Shown: positions 61,501-64,000 of the stretch, piece by piece
How positions within the stretch are numbered: the stretch's first letter is position 1
Layout: the number at the start of each line of letters is the position of its first letter
From: Setoptus koraiensis
Lineage: Eukaryota; Animalia; Arthropoda
Direction of reading: 5' to 3'
DNA length: 64,000 bases
Assembly: GCA_048013815.1 (NCBI GenBank)
Contig: CM106586.1
Location: forward strand, 14,756,001 to 14,820,000
Translations under genes and position numbers: made by a program
Notes under the pieces: model-generated
What the model was told of the DNA's origin: nothing
What the model saw: only the letters and a program-made list of their open reading frames with translations
The model's database searches: none

Positions 61501-63089
61501 AAGAAAGCATCTTTTCCGATATCTACTCCTTTTGGAACAGTTATTTTCCTTATATTCTCATCTTCGGAAACAATATTGTTCGGTGTGGATCTCATAACAG
61601 GAAAGTGAATAGTCAATTGCTGCCCCGATGAATGATCACAGAAGAATTCTTGACAGCAAGTTTGTCCTGTTTCAAAGAATGTTTGCTCATGGCTTAAACG
61701 TAACGGGTAAGTCTGCTGCTCCCTAAGATTTGCGAATTTACAAAAGTCGACTATACCTGCTACTAACTTTTCATGTCGCACTACTCTGATTCCGTCTCCG
61801 TCGTTTTCGTGTATGTATAAACGATCCAGATGCACATGACCCCAACTTGTATTGACAAAGAGTGGAAATCCTAGATTCCTGGTTATAACAATATTACTCA
61901 TCTTGATGGCATCTTCTGCTTCTTCCACGACAATACCATAAACAGAATCTTTGATTTCTAAATGAGACATTTTCGGGGGCTGCCCTAAAACTTGTATTGC
62001 ACCTGTCGCGTTGCCAACATTATTTGCACCAGCGTTGGTGATTGTTACATAATTCAGTACAGATGACGAGGATTTCAAGCGCATACGTTCACTCATGACA
62101 AATTCGCTGAAAGTCTCACTATTAATGAATTCTATGCCTTTCCAATAATCTGATGTCAATTCCGCACCATTATTGCCAGAAAACAACTTTCTTGTGCACC
62201 TTATACCGATATCTGAATGGTAATCGCAGATGCCACTGCCCGAGCGTGCCTTACTCCATTGATCACATTGATTAATGGAACTTTCATGGCCTGAACATTG
62301 TGGCGATTGCAGCATTAACTGTAGAGACTCATTTCTCTTCTCGAACCATTTATACCAAAGGCCTTCTGTATAACCTAGTTGATTGCATAGCACTTTTATA
62401 TCAGTTGTTGTTAAATTTTTAGAATTGGTACACATAGAATGCCATCGGTTGTTGAATCTAATCTGTACACGGCCTTCGTTGGGTGCAGAGCCATCAACCA
62501 ATCTAACAAACTGCTTGTAGTTAGCATTATTTTGAGATCTTCGATTAACAATAGATGATTGTGGAGACTTGAGTAGGTCCATTCTTATTCTTTCATCTGG
62601 CGCGCCTATAGCTTCAAGTGTTCCATAGACAATAATACCTTTGGTTGGTGCGAAAAAAATTTCAACTCCAGGTTGTATGGTGAGCTTGGACTTTTTGTGA
62701 ATAATGATGTCGGTTTTAATAACAATAGGATTGAATTGCTTCGTTATTGTAACATTGCTATCTCTAATAATGCCCCCTCCTCTTTCAATAATTGAGGGCC
62801 TCTGGTGGTTTGTGTTCAATGCATTCTGACCACTATTGATAGCACTATCGGCTGGGCCGATGAACATGTTGCTCAATAGCGCAATGAAGATAATTAATAT
62901 ACTTGTCTCAATGAATTTAATAGTATTTGAGACCTTTTTTAGCGATTTATTTCTTCTAGTCGAATCCTCCATGACCATAAATTTTCGCCTCGTTTTTGGT
63001 TTAATGAACATGCGAACAGGTGGTGGTGCAGGTGGTAAGATGTAATTCATCTTTGTAAGATGATCTCTATCAATATAAATGAGATCCAT
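52533..63089 (-). CDS. bark: Protein bark beetle / anakonda (tricellular septate junction transmembrane protein), single uninterrupted ORF of about 3518 aa
   Basis: Signal-like ILIIFIALLSNMFIGPADS; three SRCR domains (VRLVDG..EGRVQI..CNQLG; GRLEVQIDGAWGSVCD..CQQLG; GFLEVFNQ..CRQLG) interleaved with Asn-rich parallel beta-helix repeats; C-type lectin (CAGGWSQVGQSCLVY..CEK); TM LGFAAIGLILMTLLLVCSCMTCWIF; long cytoplasmic tail. First ATG at 63089 (ORF-track start 63167 is TTG); the true start may be a later Met. Confidence 0.93.
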   Translation of the reverse strand: MDLIYIDRDHLTKMNYILPPAPPPVRMFIKPKTRRKFMVMEDSTRRNKSLKKVSNTIKFIETSILIIFIALLSNMFIGPADSAINSGQNALNTNHQRPSIIERGGGIIRDSNVTITKQFNPIVIKTDIIIHKKSKLTIQPGVEIFFAPTKGIIVYGTLEAIGAPDERIRMDLLKSPQSSIVNRRSQNNANYKQFVRLVDGSAPNEGRVQIRFNNRWHSMCTNSKNLTTTDIKVLCNQLGYTEGLWYKWFEKRNESLQLMLQSPQCSGHESSINQCDQWSKARSGSGICDYHSDIGIRCTRKLFSGNNGAELTSDYWKGIEFINSETFSEFVMSERMRLKSSSSVLNYVTITNAGANNVGNATGAIQVLGQPPKMSHLEIKDSVYGIVVEEAEDAIKMSNIVITRNLGFPLFVNTSWGHVHLDRLYIHENDGDGIRVVRHEKLVAGIVDFCKFANLREQQTYPLRLSHEQTFFETGQTCCQEFFCDHSSGQQLTIHFPVMRSTPNNIVSEDENIRKITVPKGVDIGKDAFFTIYDDYRDSNPFRVRIANNTRPQSLVSKFGRLKVCYEPAQYRTVVFTVDIEVDETREFRNARSEDVEISNSAIMYNSGRGVWIQNPRSGLKVLNTTIIGHDYIGGLHLEDGSGDVLVNKSRIDDNIGHGIYINLAGGFYDIYNSSIQRNHGRGVFIDFDENKELVAFNFTTHIGYSNISLNREEGVFIGNICRYDATWNISMNSFISNQMDALVFQSCPLYEKYLRSQSMSLKQTTSLHPIENSNHIVQNQELMISHNLFRENLRRAIKISPVVNLKSLIRHNNFLNHPTSVLYVGNQYSILRDQTSDAFPQASAYIRIASNHFRDNQGRYVANLGVQEDNSKQSIVFTKNTLDNNIITEPYPDLNPRSRVHAVIVVSSSNTKIIRNRFNNPQSQYDLGSHLEMHSKVINATANFWGKGYNAGEIYKRIFDRKNRYNLAQVEFLQYLMSPEDLEFGNDLSFDRERDKITSFKSGGNKIGGEVKGLEELNPGVYIVTDDIYVRPGSTLSLKPDTILKFPDSTGMMVQGRLEALGSNANNIVLTSTISGSRLPVRPQPPPAPKTEAWYSNDRRFNDEDDSSSTDYLDDSKAHNNTLKETNDNSPKLARKNMSKRQIIPKESPTSTQTVRLSSNSQGRLEVQIDGAWGSVCDYNFDIDDAAVVCQQLGMVLNREDWSLERFQYVSLISKGQQFTQLSTNVFMSNVRCDPSLDNDLTKCRAELLSRGDFDGTCTKEVGIKCYPPSWSGIRFGMMAETSSLEHVLIQKAGVFDYATYKLKPALQIDFNRHKLTHLTIKQNSDSGLGILRNDVLGMRLNEISHSKFHNNGRHGVVLKSPGLMLQSSNITNNRQNGLDYNPSSSYLDHRDMLSWIESPNIPDAIVHVSMQANSVVNYEIPTAPESFRYFILKRNPPVNQSFSFTISTDPGYMLSLMIISPIHVLSTENITMTIGSNPESPVWDLRTNITAFPMINPGYKLHFNYQAGAKPKGDVIIYVRPKYDSQAFKMTGRNEVAEYGARYSHKTKVSFEDTNELNTIIIANNIIKQNSRGLNFLHYNNFAGPNFSINRRYGNQTVGVINNILDYNMDSAIFVGNHEIYGYDAEYIQMTPTPSEIRYKLIKNWIKRDQGGIKQFGRDIRNSYNIYHWTINDTLYELNKGGGIDIRLPYYWRYDINCSHTIQINNNNFSKNSMFGLHIDGHFAVLNLTGNAFKDNSCKNELIKISGMEKKMLMRNNIIESNYCDRIIDFNIQSHADKLGLVNASFGFNYIKQNRRSSRSIQDNINLSSNQTKFLRYDTKRYPTDFALRMKGVQNFEINRNVLKNPELSYELVLDIVMDGNEKTVDVSRNYWGTSNIGEIHDRIFDFDDWNNRPIAVISPYLIDDSTSAAISSLNTNEKSFNLDRIGGRLTRSLNLTARKEPYLVVSDLTVMPGVTLLIDKGAVLEFFPNVGILVLGELIAGGTRERPILMRPAQTMISSSMITQASKQQLFYDSLITSQSSMQSQDQLNPANSYSLKFLQSAYPIDLGGVRLCKNDSCDQFLGEKKSDIHRHIDGFLEVFNQTTLQWVPTCDARFTERNAKVVCRQLGYSHLALFKQGRRYGVEPEQISSIKHWPEPLQCEGNEQNLADCEVRLNGYGNHSHACTHDGYQYIYIYCQDFMIKRVDSNVGLIAKTSAISIDLANNWGGIRFSCPSSDQTSFSTYDAYKQRSSSTVTSRMQYVLIDRGGMLHKERSPAIQIFQCNVQLEYINIENCAHHGIEVLAASGNLNFFNLKILNNLGVGINYLSLVGASTMSPVIPYQPLKIADLSHDIFGLMDICGASKHIHIEERILIFYKYDNRAVDCMKIVTSKDNVKHIGIRLLQFNLFNSTSYSIIPDYMKIYDGNIFDIESRLLVDLGVTERHRREKPEMRFYHTSDHTMTIRLHASAANYDYGFIAEIVTTPISYLIERSSYNNLTFSEISNNKLGAITVYNAGESSPNIVMKQNRIDSNCVHMFGNFTSCPSAITMDLQNCQHLIFTNNLVQNNQGALLLKANSHTSPSALEAIIENNVFESNLNNGALIIVGQRYGSYQKAEVRYNIITRNKSPYQSNIILSRIPNCVFSSNILTSNIGWHQIEVLGFGKLPFLYQNFQNNWIYNNTATQDLDKSTIFLGSVGPHLDSNYFVNPDNHFEMSTLNWSRYDVIPRGSPKEDELIHLAAGDGSSRDVYRKVAENIPLTIIDTKNINLQNASIDARGNYWGFNNTNSIRGRIRDRSQHDHLIRVDYEPFLEKNSSVLSGVCAGGWSQVGQSCLVYVGARMTYQEAKDFCDQEQSSMPVIRGYHLEYTKFIRQQEKDFDPRISRVWIQSFEVPFDECPALYDMRTRNFNCLERHTFLCEKNPHVKVSLADWHREPLGFAAIGLILMTLLLVCSCMTCWIFKSTQRRKEKLERHNSILRASIRSRGYSSSNSLNELMYRRQYYNNDKSSLTDLSLSTQLTPQSIESSNLIRLDPSASVNGGHINRQFDLGNSQDYLRSISRQSSLVDQSNNLVAYQTHSINGSLPNPENSSIGDRSVSRSHQRISQPGIKNSYELAYNTVEERRNAQSRLSDDYPHNNFIKESQYSNYINNNDDGFEYTLDHDQRSTNSRNPFIKQNYRKLKKLSPPPSIAREQINLASVKRKGRSNKILSQYNQTKDSDLDAQELVLNGADRFDGHYNNHQQANRLPSSLRNQNNIVPNDIDSIRKVSPSNNNQIDDYVVHPQLSQNYSSQDMNARLYADMDRSEGIKSEPGNVNISSSKDLATTDDSWPNSTFQLQKRVSVHQILESQQYQQETDLDYQVYTNFVSGSDINQEKYLPIFENISDQQPIQHVGNPSNGAPPSYSTQPLDDQGSNINNVLMNQSNNGYSDGRSHRTSQDRVNFETKNTSTGTMSTFSTATTSTVTQHSNANAANMKKFLETSLDEDEDHATTIATMSAFGDSPRSSITNLATAEFKGGSRMYLETSLDNHSFTNEYER

Positions 63090-64000
63090 GATAGTTTGGT
63101 TGGTAAAATAGCAACCAACTAATTGCGTTGGTCTTGCGCCAATGTGAAAGTTAGTTTTGGATAACAATTAGCAACCGTTGGCTACATGTGTAATTATATT
63201 CATTTGTTGCTTCTTTTGTAAGTGTTACTTTTCGTTGGCTAAATAAATTCAAGATATCTGATCATACCTGTTAGTGTCGCAGTGTTTGTATGTGTATGTG
63301 TGTGTGTTTTTATATGGAACAATATCAAAAGATATATTAATACTCGCTGTTAAAATGATTAAATGGCAGTGAGAATATCATCATGATTTATATCAATCAC
63401 GTCATTTGGTAAGTAGGAAATTCCAATGAATCAATTATGTTGTTATTAGTCATCATGTAGTTGGTTTTGGTGGCAATGATGTGATCTGAGTAGATAGGCT
63501 TGATGACCAAAAAAGTATCTTCAATTGTGGCAATGATCATTGTTGCAATAAATTAATGGTTTCTATGTATGAAAATGGTAGCAGCGTCAATCTGATTGTT
63601 CTCAATTATTGTTTTTGTTTCTACAAAGTATCTTTGGACGCGATGTGTGTGTGTATTTTGTTATCAAGATGGATGGATCATTAAGGACGGGAGGTTACAT
63701 ATAGTGGTCACATTATCGGTTATGAAGTTGCTAATTGATTGGCATTATTATTATTGTTAGCTTTGTTAACCACTGTTGGTGGATTTGCCTGATCTAGACA
63801 CACGCACTATGTTATAGGCACGCACAAAGCCACTGGCAGTGTGACAAGTGTATGTATCATTTATTGCTCTTGTAGTTGTCGAATCCAAACTATTAGCTAC
63901 TGTTGTAATGATGCTCTGATTACATACATTGCAACAGTATGTTATGTGCTGTAGATCCGTTAATAACAGTGCATCATGAGCAGCCAATTTCTATTATTAC

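Noticed and set aside
54581-61631. Short plus-strand ORFs antisense to bark (and 49927-50235 antisense to NOG1)
   Set aside because: Shadow ORFs of a long coding sequence.

Overview
Eukaryotic (arthropod) genomic DNA, most likely from a compact-genome mite (inference from intron-poor genes and protein similarity). The window has two sharply different compartments. Left, 1 to about 44.5 kb: GC-richer, gene-poor, and saturated with (CAA/CAG)n and (CA)n microsatellites, short tandem duplications and perfect palindromes. It holds only two recognisable genes, both on the minus strand: a large exon of a PAN x3 + ZP-domain apical-matrix protein (trynity-like, 3899-6154, remaining exons not found) and a 4-exon neurocalcin (26229-30003) with a poly-S/Q tail. 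Right, about 44.6-64 kb: AT-richer, repeat-poor and gene-dense. It holds HPF1 (2 exons), NOG1/GTPBP4 (3 exons), an orphan secreted protein, and a 10.6-kb intronless bark beetle/anakonda gene. Best non-obvious results: (1) both NOG1 introns carry well-formed snoRNAs (one dual-guide H/ACA, one C/D) whose guides match conserved rRNA modification regions; (2) TTACGTAA/PAR-bZIP motifs are strongly enriched, with an Ovo/Svb-type cluster, upstream of the ZP gene; (3) a pri-miRNA-like hairpin at 41.5 kb; (4) a palindrome cluster at 39.0-39.8 kb and widespread direct and inverted micro-duplications confined to the left compartment; (5) a Cys-free secreted orphan protein. No CRISPR array, tRNA, rRNA or transposase was recognised. 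All counts are manual minimum counts.
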